This document shows positions 1 to 12,761 of a stretch of 64,000 nt of DNA, one piece after another. The notes below the pieces were generated by a model. The model did not search any database. It was given only the letters and a program-made list of their open reading frames with translations, and was not told the origin of the DNA. Each line of letters starts with the position of its first letter. Within the stretch, counting starts at the first letter, position 1. Location of the stretch: positions 102,920,001 through 102,984,000 of the forward strand of contig OX597814.1 of NCBI GenBank assembly GCA_951406725.2, written 5' to 3'. Origin of the DNA: Octopus vulgaris (Eukaryota). The translations under genes and the position numbers were made by a program.

Positions 1-708
1 GCAAAACCATTAAAAACGGGAACTGGCAGTTCCTCATAGTGTGGAATAGGTTGAATTGTTGAGCGAATACAAAGATAAAAGATCTGATGCTAATTTTTTC
101 TTGCCAAAACGTTCATGGTGATCAAGCAGAAACAGCAGTCTGTATATGTTGTCCTTGTGTTTTCACCAAACCATAGAAACTCCAAAAGCAGGCCCTTTCA
201 TTTTCATTCTGTCTAGTTATGAACCATTTCCTCACAATTGTGACCCACAATATGAAGAGCCCATTTCTGGTCTTGGTTTTTCGGGAGAACTTGAGAGTAA
301 GCTTTATAGGGCACCGCTCCTCACAATGTTGTACTGTGCCTTTGATGAAGTGCAAAGCAGCAGCAGCCACATACATAACAGTGTATTTACACATGTCTAC
401 TTAAAGAAACTATTTAAGATTTGAAACAAGAGAAACAGCTGTTGTTTTTGTGTAAATCAGATAAATCTCTAAAATCCAAAATTAACTTTAAAAATAAAGA
501 AAATATATCTTTAAAAAAAGAAATTGCCTAATTAAGGTTAAGGTACATCTAAAAAGCAATGTGTTCCTTTTTTTTTTTTGTGAAAATAAGTTTCAAATTG
601 CATATTGAGGGAAACCTATTTCATATTTGAAATCAGCATTGACAAATGAATAGAATTAGTGGGAAAATTTCATGTAACAGAAAATATGAAGAAATTTGTT
701 GCCCATTG
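1..708 (-). mobile_element. Decayed Chapaev3-like (CMC) DNA transposon 5' part within a Raf intron
   Basis: Minus-strand translation with stops and frameshifts gives NQDQKWALHIVGHNCEEM..GVSMVW..DCCFCLI..IQPIPHYEELPVPVFNGF, matching the Chapaev3 N-terminal Cys-rich motif. A terminus-like tttgttgcccattg ends at ~708. Confidence 0.65.
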
Positions 709-1109
709 TTATCTTTCTCCATATTAATCTGTGGTGCAAGTAACATGAATTATCTTTATCTCTTAATTGTGATACAGGTAACATGAATAAATTCTATGCC
801 CCCTCTTCCCCATATAATGACAGTTGCTTTAGTGTTCATTGACTAACAAATCTGTTTTAATTGTAATGAGTCATGTTTAAGGTAGATGTTTCTAGAAGCT
901 GATCTTATTAAAAATTTGTTGTATTCACTTCATGTTGGGATGGTTTAATTACAATCTGTCTAACCCGTTCTAACCTAAATAAATGTTTATAAAACCCATG
1001 GAAATATGTCTATGCTTCTAGGTGCTGCTTCAACTCTTGTCTATTAACTCAACAAACAATATTTTTAAAATTCATTTATTGATTAGATGTTAACACAAAA
1101 ACAAAATGA

Positions 1110-1121
1110 TTTCCCTTAAAT
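1110..1121 (+). promoter_or_regulatory. Probable U12-type (minor spliceosome) branch site
   Basis: TTTCCCTTAAAT, close to the U12 consensus TTCCTTAAC, lies just upstream of the AG at 1133-1134 with only a weak polypyrimidine tract. Confidence 0.65.
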
Positions 1122-1134
1122 TATTGCTCTCCAG

Positions 1135-1253
1135 ATATATTTTTGACAGAAGACTTCACTGTCAAAATTGGTGACTTTGGTCTTGCAACTGTGAAAGCTC
1201 GATGGAGTGGATCCCATCAATTCCAACAGCCAACTGGTTCCATTCTGTGGATG
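1135..1253 (+). CDS. BRAF: Raf kinase exon (equivalent to BRAF exon 15, DFG/activation segment)
   Basis: ag|ATATATTTTTG...TGGATG|gt, 119 nt. Encodes (N)[39 protein letters not shown]. Confidence 0.97.
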
Positions 1254-1443
1254 GTAAAATTATTTTTTAATAAAATCTAATCAGTTAAACTTGATATCAT
1301 TTTGAAATTTGTTTCATATTTGCTTTGGGATTTAATTTGAGAATAACTACACTAGAAATACAAAAAATTAGAAAAACTTGTTAAATTATATATTTTTATT
1401 GAAAATATGTTGATGCTACTATAAATATTGGTGTTTCCTGCAG

Positions 1444-1575
1444 GCTCCTGAAGTAATAAGGATGAAAGATGACAACCCTTACACATTCCAATCTGATGTG
1501 TATGCGTATGGTATTGTCTGTTTTGAGTTGATGACCAGCTCACTGCCATATTCTCACATCAACAATAAGGACCAG
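1444..1575 (+). CDS. BRAF: Raf kinase exon (equivalent to BRAF exon 16)
   Basis: cag|GCTCCTGAA...GACCAG|gtaag, 132 nt. Encodes [44 protein letters not shown]. Confidence 0.97.
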
Positions 1576-1810
1576 GTAAGAGAAAAGTTTTCAAACAATA
1601 TACAGAATATACATGTGCATTTTAAAGTCATTATCATTTCAGATTTCTTCAAATTATTGAACCTTTGCTTAAAAATATCTTCATTGCAGTATTGTTGAAC
1701 TATTTGTCCTCTCAATTACATTTAACTTCTTGTGGAAGCTATTTGTTGTACCAGCTTTACTATTAAAATATTCATAATTTTTGAAAAACTTCTCTCTCTC
1801 TCTCAATTAG

Positions 1811-1945
1811 ATCCTCTTCATGGTTGGTAAAGGCCATATACGACCTGACCCCAGTAAATCCAGATCAGATACACCCAAAGCTTTCAAACGTTTGATGATG
1901 GAGTGCTGTAAATACGATCGAAATGAAAGGCCTCTATTTCCACAG
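1811..1945 (+). CDS. BRAF: Raf kinase exon (equivalent to BRAF exon 17)
   Basis: tag|ATCCTC...CCACAG|gtatg, 135 nt. Encodes [45 protein letters not shown]. Confidence 0.97.
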
Positions 1946-3645
1946 GTATGCAAGGGAAAACTTTTAAATGTGGTAGTTAGGGTTAATGTATTAATCACAT
2001 TGAAATGGTTTGAAATGGGTGGTCATTTCCTTATCACACTGTATTTCTACTTAGCATACTTTACTTAATGTTAAAACTTCAGTTATAAACCTTTATTATA
2101 ATAGATAGCTGTTAGAATTTTTACAACCATACTAGGCATGTAATGTCAGGACTATTGCTCCCAAATTTGCAAAAGTAATGACTGAAGCACCAGAAAATTT
2201 TCTTTAGTTTAAAAGATGGCAACATTCTCCATTCCATTTTTGTTGTCAGAAAGTGTCAGTACTCACAATATTTCAAACTTTTAACCATTGCTAATGTTTT
2301 CATTTTACCATCAAAGTTTAGAATTCCAATATTAACCAATATTAGAGATTCTATGTTCATTGCTTGACTTTTCAGCACAGTTAGTCAATCTTACTTCAAA
2401 GACTGTCGTTTTAAAAGATCAGGAGTATTCATGCTGGCATGGAACATGGCTATTAAATGATAATGATGATGATATATGAAGTTTTTGCTTATCTGTCTCT
2501 TACCAACATAGAAAGTAAAGGTAGCTAGAAAATTAATGAAATGACTTGATGAATTATAATTAATGATTAATGGTAGTAAGACAAATGTGGATGGAAATTG
2601 CAGAAGGAAGAAAACCCAGGAAGGCATGAGACAAGATTATAAAGGCTGATCTCAGGACCTTGAACTTCACTGAGCAAAGGACCAGGATAACTGGTGATAT
2701 GCTGTTCCCAAGAAGACCTATTCATCTCAATGAAATTCACAATTGAGCCCTTCACCCAATTTCCTTCCTTCTCAAGGCACCCACCGCCTCCCTGACTGCA
2801 GTGCTTCCTTAATATCTCCTTTCTTACAACCCAAAACCCTTTCATTTGTTCTCTGTCTTTTATTCATTAATACTGTTCTCTCCACCTATACTTTCATTGA
2901 TCACCCACCCACTCACTGTGCCACCAAATTTTTCTTTCTTCTCCTTCTGCCATATATCCCACCTTCTGCCATACACTACACCTGCCCTTCTCTCCCCCAT
3001 GTTTCCACAACTTACCCAACAACATATCATCTCTCTTTCATCCTTCTCCTGTCTACTGTATTTTGGCCCTTCTGTCCTACCTACTTTATACCTTGAAGGT
3101 CCACCCTGGCACCATCTCAGCACTATGTTTTTATCGTTTTCCTACTCCATCTGATCACTCCTACTTCTCTTCTAAAATGTGAACAGTCATGCAGCACCTC
3201 TACAGCAAAAACAACAACAAAAAAAACTTTTCTGCTCTGGCCCTTATCTCTCATACTCTACCCGTTTCTATTTCTCATTTCAACCTAAAGTTGCCTCCCT
3301 TGGGGTTTGTAGTCTTGCAAGCTGCATGCTGACTTCACAAATGTTGGTGACATGAAAAAAAAAGCATGCAATACTAGAGTGATTGGACGTTAGGAAGGAC
3401 ATCAATCTGTAGAAAGCATACCAAAGCATATGCTACTTACTAATTTATGAGTGATAACGTATCCATAACACTAGTTTTAACGAAATCTCTAGTAAATGTG
3501 ATGTGTTGATGTAATTCACTCCACAACCATCATTTACAATTTTGATACATTATGAGTTCATGTAATCCTTTCTAAGGAATTTTTTCATTTGTGTCTTTTT
3601 TCCTTTCCCATTTAATTAGTCTGCTTATTTGTTTGTCAATTTCAG

Positions 3646-3825
3646 ATATTGTCTTCTATTGAATCTCTGAAGAGATCTCTTCAAAGACTACAAAAAAGCC
3701 ACTCAGAACCTACACTGCGGCCACAGTCATCAGATGACTTGGATCTATTTAATGTATTTTCATCACCAAAAACTCCCGTCAACTGTCAATATGCACAGTT
3801 CACATTTTATGATTTAGATACCTGA
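3646..3825 (+). CDS. BRAF: Raf kinase terminal coding exon (equivalent to BRAF exon 18)
   Basis: ttcag|ATATTG...TGA. Encodes ILSSIESLKRSLQRLQKSHSEPTL...SSPKTPVNCQYAQFTFYDLDT*, with the SxSEP 14-3-3 site and the SPKTP ERK feedback motif. Confidence 0.93.
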   Translation: MLSSIESLKRSLQRLQKSHSEPTLRPQSSDDLDLFNVFSSPKTPVNCQYAQFTFYDLDT

Positions 3826-4660
3826 GAAGGTAATGTTGATATCAACAGTTTGGGGTGTTGTATTTCTCCAGTAAGATCGAAGAAAAAAAAAATTTAGGTA
3901 AATGATGAAGAGAGAAAGTATGAGTTTTCTTTTTTCTTTTTCTTTTTTTTTTAATATATAAAAGAACAATTTTAAGTTTAATGTTCATTCCTAACACTGC
4001 TGTCAAAGCGTTCCAGTGGAAACTAAGATGATGATGATAATTTTATAAGCAATGAGGGAACTTAGGTTTCTGTGAACAGTACCGTGTCTTTCTTTACTTG
4101 GAAGTGAAGATCCAATGAATATTGCATGGATTTCTGGAATTCCAATATTTCTGGCTGTACTATATTGGTTTTTTTTTTTTTTGTTTTTTTTCATTCTGTC
4201 TATACTGTTGGTTGAAACAGAGAAGATAGCAGCAGCAGCAGCAATATTATTTGTGGGTTGACTTCAATCACTGTTCTCCTTGCTGCAAACTGTTATTGCT
4301 ACTTTGACAAGAGAAAACAACAATTTCACTCATTTCAGGATGAGCAAGAAAGAACAACACAGATAAGAGTTGCTGTTATCACCTGCTATTATTCTCTTGG
4401 ATTGGGCTCGAGGATTCATCACTGGTTCCATTGATAGTATTACAGCTAACGATGAGTACAAGTTAGTCATCAACAAACACATTGAAACATCATGAATTCA
4501 CTTTATTTTCTTTGTGTATTTTCTTTTGTGCCATTCTCTCTCTTCCTTCTCGTCCATTAACACTTTATAAACACGTTCTAACTTATATACTAAAACATTG
4601 GTGCCATTTCCACGTGATTGCTAAAGATATTTTTTTCAATGTTACAATGTTTGCATAGAT

Positions 4661-4832
4661 GTGTGTGTGTGTGTGTGTGGTGAGGGTGTGGCTTTTTTCA
4701 ATTACACATATATTTGTGTGTGTGTGTGTATATATATACACATACAAATTTATATATGTATATATATGTATACACATACATACGCACACACACTCACACA
4801 TTGTATTTGATTAAAGAGAGAGAGAGAGAGAG
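4661..4832. repeat. (TG)n/(TA)n/(CA)n/(GA)n microsatellite cluster in the probable Raf 3'UTR
   Basis: Seen directly; a similar cluster lies at ~5730-5925. Confidence 0.85.
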
Positions 4833-7800
4833 AAGAAAGAAACCATTAGTGAAATGATTTATCACTGAGTAGATTTAAGATATCCTGTGCCTTTTTAATC
4901 TGGTGAATTTTAATCTCTGCTTTCTCTACAGCTATATTTACTGTTATTGATTCTTTTCACTTCCAATTTACCAGCTTCATGTCTCTGACAGATTCTACTG
5001 GATTCTTCAGAATATTTTGGTCTCTATAAAGCTGCTATTCTAGCTTCTTTTTTTAATCTCTTAAATATTTGATTCTCTGGCTTATGCGTTAACAGATATT
5101 GTTATATTTTTTTTTCTTACTAGTTTGTGTTTTTATATTGAAAAATACTTCATCCCAAATTTTATTGCATCTTATTTTCAATGATGCCATCAGCATTAAA
5201 ACATCCATGTGTCTGATGTTAAATAACTTTAGTTGTATCATGGCAGTTAATGCCATATCTAATCTTGCCCAAGCATTCTTCATCGCTGTTCCTTTAGCTG
5301 TAGAGGCCTGTCATTTACTGTAGCTAAACAGTAAACTATTGCATTAAAATTGTAACCACATTTTATTCTATAGAAATCAAGGATGGAACTAATTTAATGT
5401 TTTGTTTGATATTTTTTTTTCAAAAATAAAGTATAAATTTGAAAACTTTGGCAATTCTAACAGGAAATTTCCTAATTGTTGGTGCTAAGTTACCACAGTT
5501 CTGTAATGTTCTCATAGCATCAAATTCATTTTTAGAACATTTTTAACTGAGTCTGGCAAATCTATTGAAAACTCTCTCAACAAGCTCCATTCATTAGTAT
5601 TAAATGTCAAGAAAATGGAGTTGATTTTCATACTTCTCATATCCTGGCCAATTTTCGTTTTTCTTTTCTTTTTCACCTTTTTGTGGAATTTTTCCTTTCT
5701 GTAAATTATTACATCTATTTAAATAAATTATATATGTGTGTGTAATATGTATATATGTGTGTGTGTGTGCATAGATGTGTGTGTGTGTGCATAGATATGT
5801 GTGTGTGTGTGTATGCATGTATATGTATATAAACTACACTAATCTTAGTCAAAAGACCACATGCAGGTGTTTGTGTATACACACATGCACACTCACTCAC
5901 ACACACACACACACGTGCACGCACATTGTGGCCACTGATTATCACAGCTGATAAACAGAGAAGACAAAATCTGCAGGTTGCTGTCAAAATCCAATTGTAT
6001 GCCTTGTGCAAAGTGTGATGCAGATTTGTTGAAACATTTTCGTATGAAGTAAACCAATAATTCTGTACATAAACCTTATGATTAGTTTATTTTAATTTTA
6101 CTTTTCTTTTAAATTTTAATAATGTTTTGATAATAGGTTAAAATGTTAAAAATATATTCCTTGTTTATTTTGACTCTGGCTCTGCATCTAAACATTTTAT
6201 ATAAACTGGGTTTTTTAAAATTTTATTTTATTAGTAAAGTTTCTTTAAAACAAACCTAGGTTTAAATAATATCTAAGTTCCCTCTTTTTTCCTGCTGTTT
6301 GTACTAGTGTATGATGATGATGATGATAAGGCTTGAAAACAATATAATACATTTATTTTATTTTGCTATTACAGTTAACATTAAGTTGGTGATGAAACAT
6401 TTTGAAATTTTGCTATCTATGTTCCTCAGAGCTCTGATTTGTTTGCTGGTGTTGTTATTAAACAAAACGAACAGTCCAAAGTTTCTATATCATTTTTATT
6501 TAATAGTATGCAAAATATAGCAGTACCCTCTTCAAGCCACAGGCTGCTCTTTTTAATTGTCTACAACTTTTAAAAGTGGGAATTTCATTTGGTTGCATTA
6601 GTCTTTTTTATTTTAAAATATTTTTTAAAAATTGAAAAAAATATTAGCTTCATGACATATAAAAGAAATGCTAAGATCGTTACAAATTCCTTTTGTTTGC
6701 ATTCACAAAGTGTGTGTGTAGGTAGGGGGGTATTCTTGAAAAACAAACATTATGATGCCTACCATAACTTCTTTTCCTAAATAAAAAATTTTAAAGATAT
6801 ATTTGGTGAATTAGTTTTAGACTGGACATTTTTTGTTAGTATTCTTAGCTTAAGACCAACATTTTCTTTGACAAATATGTAGCAGTGATGTTTATTCTTT
6901 TAAATATTCTCCTTTAATGAAAAAAAATTCTTCAGCTTGCTCCTCCCTTTAAACTTGTATTGGATAACATTTTAATGCTGATACCAAAATTTATATTTTC
7001 CCCTTATATCTTATTCATTCCACAATTTCTCTTATTCTCTATAGAAAATGTCTTTCTTCCTCTCTTTACTCTTCAACTAAAGTTGCTTTGAATTCGAATT
7101 TCTTGTTCTTACTATTAATTCTTTCTTCTGAGAGTTCTTCTTTGCTACAGTTCTTTCCCAATGTTGTTGGTTTCCTGTAATCTTCTATCTCACCCACCAT
7201 ACATTTCATTATCAGTGAAATGGCTGATGAATCAGAGTCTTGCATGCGGGCACCCTTGATCCCCCCTACCCCATGCTCATTCAGTTCTAGTGCCAGATGT
7301 TGCCAGCCCTGCCACCAAATCTGCAAGTGATGCTACCGAGTTCCTGCTCATCTCTGCTCTTGCTTGCTGTCCCCCCCTCCCCCCTCTTACGATTAACAAA
7401 CATCTGCAGACAAATTCTATTGATGAAAAGGAGGAGAACAAATATATGATGCATGTTAGAATATGGATGTGTGTATGGAAGATCAGTGGAGGAAAAAAGA
7501 ACTTTTTTTCTGTCCTGAGCATCCTAACTCTGACTAAAATACTCTGGAAATGAAAAATGGACATGTTTTTAAAAAAAAAAATACTTTAAAAAAATATTTT
7601 CAAAAAAAAGTAAAATTTAAGAAACATTTAAAAAAAAAGGAAAACATGAAAATGAAGACTGTTAATATATGAGGACTGATGAAATGTATTATTTATATCA
7701 ACTTCAGGACAGGCTATTTCATTTTATATATTTCACATAAGTTGTAAAGATGTTACAATGAAGTTCTGTAAAAACTGTTGTGTTTGTTCACTTTGTTTTT

Positions 7801-8644
7801 ATTCCATTCTAATGTTTTAATATCTTGTACTCCAGCTTGTAAACGAGTTCAATGAGAGTTTTATCACTTTAAAAACTCTCTGCCTGACTATTTTAGTTTG
7901 TTGATAGGCACCAGTTCATAGGTGAGTATCTTGTTTTATCATTGCAAATCTGATTGTTACTAATTAACAACCATGGTATTTATGAATAATTCAGTTATAA
8001 TATGCAAATAGTCAGAGCCTAAAATATAAGTTTGAGAGTTAGTTGTTGCCTAATTGAGAACTTGCCTTAATAACACCACCTGATCCTTAATTATCTTGAG
8101 TAGAATTCACTATTTTGTGAGGTTTTGGATCAGTTACTTTGATGCCCATCCAGAATTTCTGCAACAATGTAAGAGGGCTTGCAAAGCCTGTAGACACACG
8201 CACCAGGTATATCATTAATAGGTTCTTTTCCCCTTTTTTTCATTGAAGCTAGTTGAACTATTAACATGGTTTAAATACCAAAAATGTTTTATTTTGAATG
8301 TCTGTCAAGAATCCCAGCTCTGTAAATTTAGTGTGGTTATTATTTGAGTGCATTATGTAGGAATATGCTTCTTTCGTTTTCATTTATTATCATTCATCAG
8401 GTTGTAGATATATGATGTTTAAGACTTGATGTTAAGATAATATTGTTACATTTTTTCAAAATCCTGAATATAATAAGGTCGTTCGTGATGAAATATCTAC
8501 CAGGACTCTCCTATGATGCAATTGTTTGAGTTTCCATTTCTGATTAAGTGAACCACCCAATTCTGAAATGTCTGTGTGTGCACATATGGTATGTCCTAGG
8601 TGATACTTGTGTGAAATGCACAGGTGATAAATGTCCTGTTTTTT

Positions 8645-9018
8645 AGGTTAATTATTTGGGAAGACGATGCCAGCTACCACCAATCAACAAAAAGGCTGGC
8701 CAGGCAGCAAAAACTCTGCGAGAGTCAAGTCTGTTGGTTCGAGGAGCACAGCTATTCAACTCCATTCCGGTACATGTCAGAAATCTATCAGGATGCAGTG
8801 TGGAATCATTCAAATTGCAGCTGGATAGATACTTAAGCACCATTAGAGATGAACCCCATCTCCCAGGATATACACAACGAGCACAAACTGACTCAAACTC
8901 GCTCCTACACATGTCAAAATTAAACAGAGAATACAACCTGGCAACCACACCAGACTCTGAGGGTGGAGTCTTCGACTTGTCCTGAGCATGGACTCGAACT
9001 CAAATGAAATGAAATGAA
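8645..9018 (+). mobile_element. 3' end of a CR1-group LINE (5'-truncated) with (GAAAT)n tail
   Basis: ORF 8656-8985 reads GRRCQLPPI...RGAQLFNSIP..VRNL..FKLQLDRYLSTIRDEP...SNSL, a LINE ORF2 C-terminus. It is followed by aaatgaaatgaaatgaa. Confidence 0.8.
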
Positions 9019-9369
9019 CACTAGATAAATGAATTGAATAAAATATATATTCCTGTCATTTATTAGATAATGACACATATCATTGCAGTGCTGCTTGGTA
9101 GTGAGAAATGGACCTTAAATGCCAAGGACTTGAGAAGACAGGAAAGAAATGAGGTGAACAGGCTCTATTAGACTTGCAATGTAAGTGTGAATGAATAACA
9201 TAGTACAAATGTGCTGAAAGAAAAACTGGGCATGAGAGGGATCAGATGTAAGAAAGAAGACAGGTCTTCCTCATTCTCTCTCTCCAAAACGTTAGTAACC
9301 AAATAACTCTTCAGCATAACCTGGTTGCCCTTCCCTTCTTCCCACCCCCATACTTAATACCCTTTGTAG

Positions 9370-10195
9370 TACTGGTGGCATGAATAAAGTACCCAGTACA
9401 TGCTGTAAAATGGTTGGCATTAAGAAGGGCATCCAGCCATAGAAACCTATGCCAGCATGGAGCACAGACATTAGATGGTGGTTCCATTTCATCATCATCA
9501 TCATCATCGTTTAACATCCGTTTTCCGTGCTAGCATGGGTTGGACGGTTCGACCGGCGTCTGGGAAGCCAGAAGGCTGCACCAGGCTCCAGTCTGATTGG
9601 GCAGTGTTTCTACAGTTGGATGCCCTTCCTAATGCCAGCCACTCCATGAGTGTAGTGGGTGCTTTTTACGTGCCATCGGCACATGTATCACAACTACAAT
9701 TTCTATTTGATATTTATTTTGATGTTGATGTACTTGACTCAATTGGTCTCCTCAAGCACAGCAGGTCGCCCTATGATCCAAGGTAAGCACAGCAGGTTGT
9801 TCTGCAATCCAAGGTACTTTGGATGGGCTGGTGCAGGAAACAGCCATAAACTCATTATTTGTTGGGTCTTTGCAGTCACAGCATATCTCCAGAGATCTCG
9901 GTCTTTTGTCATTGCCTCTGTGAGGCCCAACGTTCGATGGTCATGTTTGACCACCTCATCCCATGTCTTCCTGGGTCTACCTCTCCCCGGGATTCCTTCA
10001 ACTGTTTGGGAGTGGTACTTCCATTTATATATATATATATATATATATCATCATCATCATCGTTTAACGTCCACTTTCCATACTAGCATGGGTTGGACGA
10101 TTTTGACTGAGATCTGGCGAACCAGATGGCTGCACCAGGCTCCAATCTTGATTTGGCAGAGTTTCTACAGCTGGATGCCCTTCCTAACGCCAAAT
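9370..10195. mobile_element. Cluster of RTE-LINE 3' tails (one +, two -) with (ATG)n ends
   Basis: Shared motif ggttggcattaggaagggcatccagc...catgctagcatggaaa..gttaaa(tga)n. The minus-strand RT end reads VKHDHRTLGLTEAMTKDRDLWRYAV. Confidence 0.85.
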
Positions 10196-10204
10196 ATATA
10201 TATA

Positions 10205-11420
10205 TATCTGGTTGGAACAAAATTTATGTCCAGTTTAAACATTTTTATTAATAAATAAATGAAATTTATTATTAATTTTATTAATATTAATTAATAAAAA
10301 TTTTTGTTAATAAATGAAAAATTTGTTTATAGAAATATTTAGTTATTAACATAACCTCCATTACTTCATTGAATTTCATTCCATCTGTCAACAAGCTTTA
10401 TAGATGCCATGCTTGTAAAATTCTTTGGATTTTGATGCAAAGTACAATGCTAACTCATTTTCAACCTCTTGATGTCTGCCTCAGGCCATCCAAATGATTC
10501 TGTAATCCCCTAAACAAGTGATAATCAGAAGATGCAAGGTCAGGAGAATATGGAAGACGAAGCAGTTTCTCTCAGCAGAGCTCTTGTAAGGGACCTTTAT
10601 CTAGTTGTGCAGTGGGAGTGGGGGTGTTGCATTATCATGATGCAGACTGACTCCCTTTCTGTTGACTAAGGCTGGGCGATTTTTACCTAAAGCTGCTTTC
10701 AAATGACAAAGTTGATTGTTTGTTGCCTACCAGTTCATAATGAATTATTCCTTGAATATCCCACCATACATTCAACATGATCTTCTTTGGATGAAGTCAT
10801 CCCTTCAGTTACTGAGGAGGTTTTGCTTCCACAACTCATTCATTGACAGCAGTGTTTAATGAAAAGGACCCACTTGTCATCACCAATAACAAGCCTATCC
10901 AAATATGGCTCACAACCAGCAATATGTTGCGGATTCTCTTCAGACAGGTCATGCAGGACCCATTTTCCAGCCACAGAATTCTTTCTAGTTCACATAGGAT
11001 AGTCGTATGGTTTACTTTAAATTTCTTGGTGAGTTTCCTAGTACTACTAACAGGATTTGCTGTGATAGCAGCTTCCAACTCTTGGAACGACCCTCCTTTG
11101 ACTCATCATCTTGGCTGAAATTCTCACTTTGAAAACAGGGAAACCACCTCCTGCAACTTCTGTCATTCACTATATCATCTCCATCAGTGCTCTGAATGGA
11201 TTTTGCTGCTGCACTCACATTGGCACCTTTATGAAACATGTTGAGTAAAGCACATCTAATGTGTTCTTTAGTTAGGATGAACATTGGGGGTGAATATTGA
11301 AGCAGATTCTGACCAATATTCTTTTAACCCAAAAGAAGAAAATTTAAATCTCTCATTGCTTCAGTCCAGGATTGATGACAAGAGACAATACTTCAATGAA
11401 TGTCATCTAAAATTTCATCT
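10205..11420 (-). mobile_element. Decayed mariner (D,D34D) transposon
   Basis: N-terminal HTH region HIRCALLNMFHKGANVSAAAKSIQSTDGDDIVNDRSCRRWF, and PYSPDLASSDYHLF near 10515-10555; many stops and frameshifts. Confidence 0.8.
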
Positions 11421-11499
11421 TGAAAATCTAACAAAATGTTTGTTCCAACCTGATTTCTCCTCTGTATTGTTACTAAATGACTTGTCAGTGTTTTAATGG

Positions 11500-12761
11500 A
11501 ATACTGAGATTGTAAAAGTATAGCAGAGAATTGGCTAGTTTTCATATGTGGCAGATGCTCAGGAGCTATAAATAACACTGAAAATGTGCAGAAAACAACT
11601 TCCGCCACATTCCAGGAAGAAAAACTAGAAGTAGTTGATAGCTTCCGTTACCTAGGCAACCAAGTCAGTAGCGGGGGAGGGTACACTGAAAGTGTAGCTG
11701 CTAGAATAAGAATAGCCTGGGCTAAGTTCAGAGAGCTCTTACCTCTGCTGGTGACAAAGGGCCTCTTGCTCAGAGTAAAAGGTAAACTGTACGATGCATG
11801 TGTATGAACAGCCATGCTACATGGCAGTGAAACATGGGCCGTGACTGCTGAGGATATGCGTAAGCTCACAAGGAATGAAGCCAGTATGCTCCAATGGATG
11901 TGTAATGTCAGTGTGCATACTCGACAGAGTGTTAGTGCCCTGAGAGAAAGGTTGGACCTAAGAAGCATCCGATGTGGTGTGCAAGAGAGATGACTGCGCT
12001 GGTATGGTCATGTGGCAAGAATGGATGTGGATAGCTGTGTGAAAAAGTGCCACACCCTAGCAGTTGAGAGAAGAGGTAGACTGTGGAAGAGGTAGACCCA
12101 GGAAGACCTGGGATGAGGTGGTGAAGCATGACCTTCAAACATTGGGCCTCACTGAGGCAATGGCTAGTGACCAGGACCTCTGGAAATATGCTGTGCTGCA
12201 GAAGACTCGGCAAGCGCATGTGTGACCATAACCTTGTGGCCTATGCTAGGGGTCCACATATGCGTGCCTTTTCTTCATTGGACACTAAACTCTGCTTGCA
12301 AAGACCAGTTGAGGCAAGTGAAATTGAAGTCGAAATCAAATTCGGTGACTGGCATCCGTTGCTAGTGGAGCGCTAAGAGTACCATACGAGTGAGATCGTT
12401 GCCAGAGCAACAAGCTGGCCTTCGTGCCGATGGCACGTTAAGCACATCATTCGAGCGTGATTATTACCTGCATTGCCTTACTAGCACTTGTGCTGGTGGC
12501 ATGTGAAATATTCGAGCGAGGTCGTCGCCAGTGCCGCTGGACTGGCCCCTGTACAGGTGGCACGTAAAAAGCACCATTTGGGCGTGGCTGTTGCCAGTAC
12601 CACCAAACTGGCCCTCGTGTCAGTGGCACATAAAAGCACCCACCACACTCTCGGAGTGGTTGGCGTTAGGAAGGGCATCCAGCTGTAGAAACTTTGCCAG
12701 GCCTCAGTCAAATCGTCCAACCCATGCTAGCATGGAAAGCAGACGTTAAATGATGATGATA
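11500..12761 (+). mobile_element. 5'-truncated RTE-clade LINE with 3' repeat array and (ATG)n tail
   Basis: LEVVDSFRYLG...RIRIAWAKFRELLPLL...MLHGSETW...GRGRPRKTWDEVV, then gtggcacgtaaaaagcacc units and the tail. Confidence 0.9.

Noticed and set aside
146-424. ORFs as possible upstream Raf exons
   Set aside because: No kinase motifs; the region is a transposase remnant on the other strand.
2560-3160. Overlapping ~100-aa ORFs in the last Raf intron
   Set aside because: Pyrimidine-rich low-complexity and decayed repeat sequence; the Raf exons already join in frame without them.
7060-7330. Possible DNA-transposon end near the Raf 3'UTR
   Set aside because: Only a short TIR-like motif with no partner and no convincing protein match.
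9292-10258. Poly-Met/His/Asp ORFs and the 199-aa ORF
   Set aside because: Artefacts of (ATG)n tails and antisense LINE sequence.
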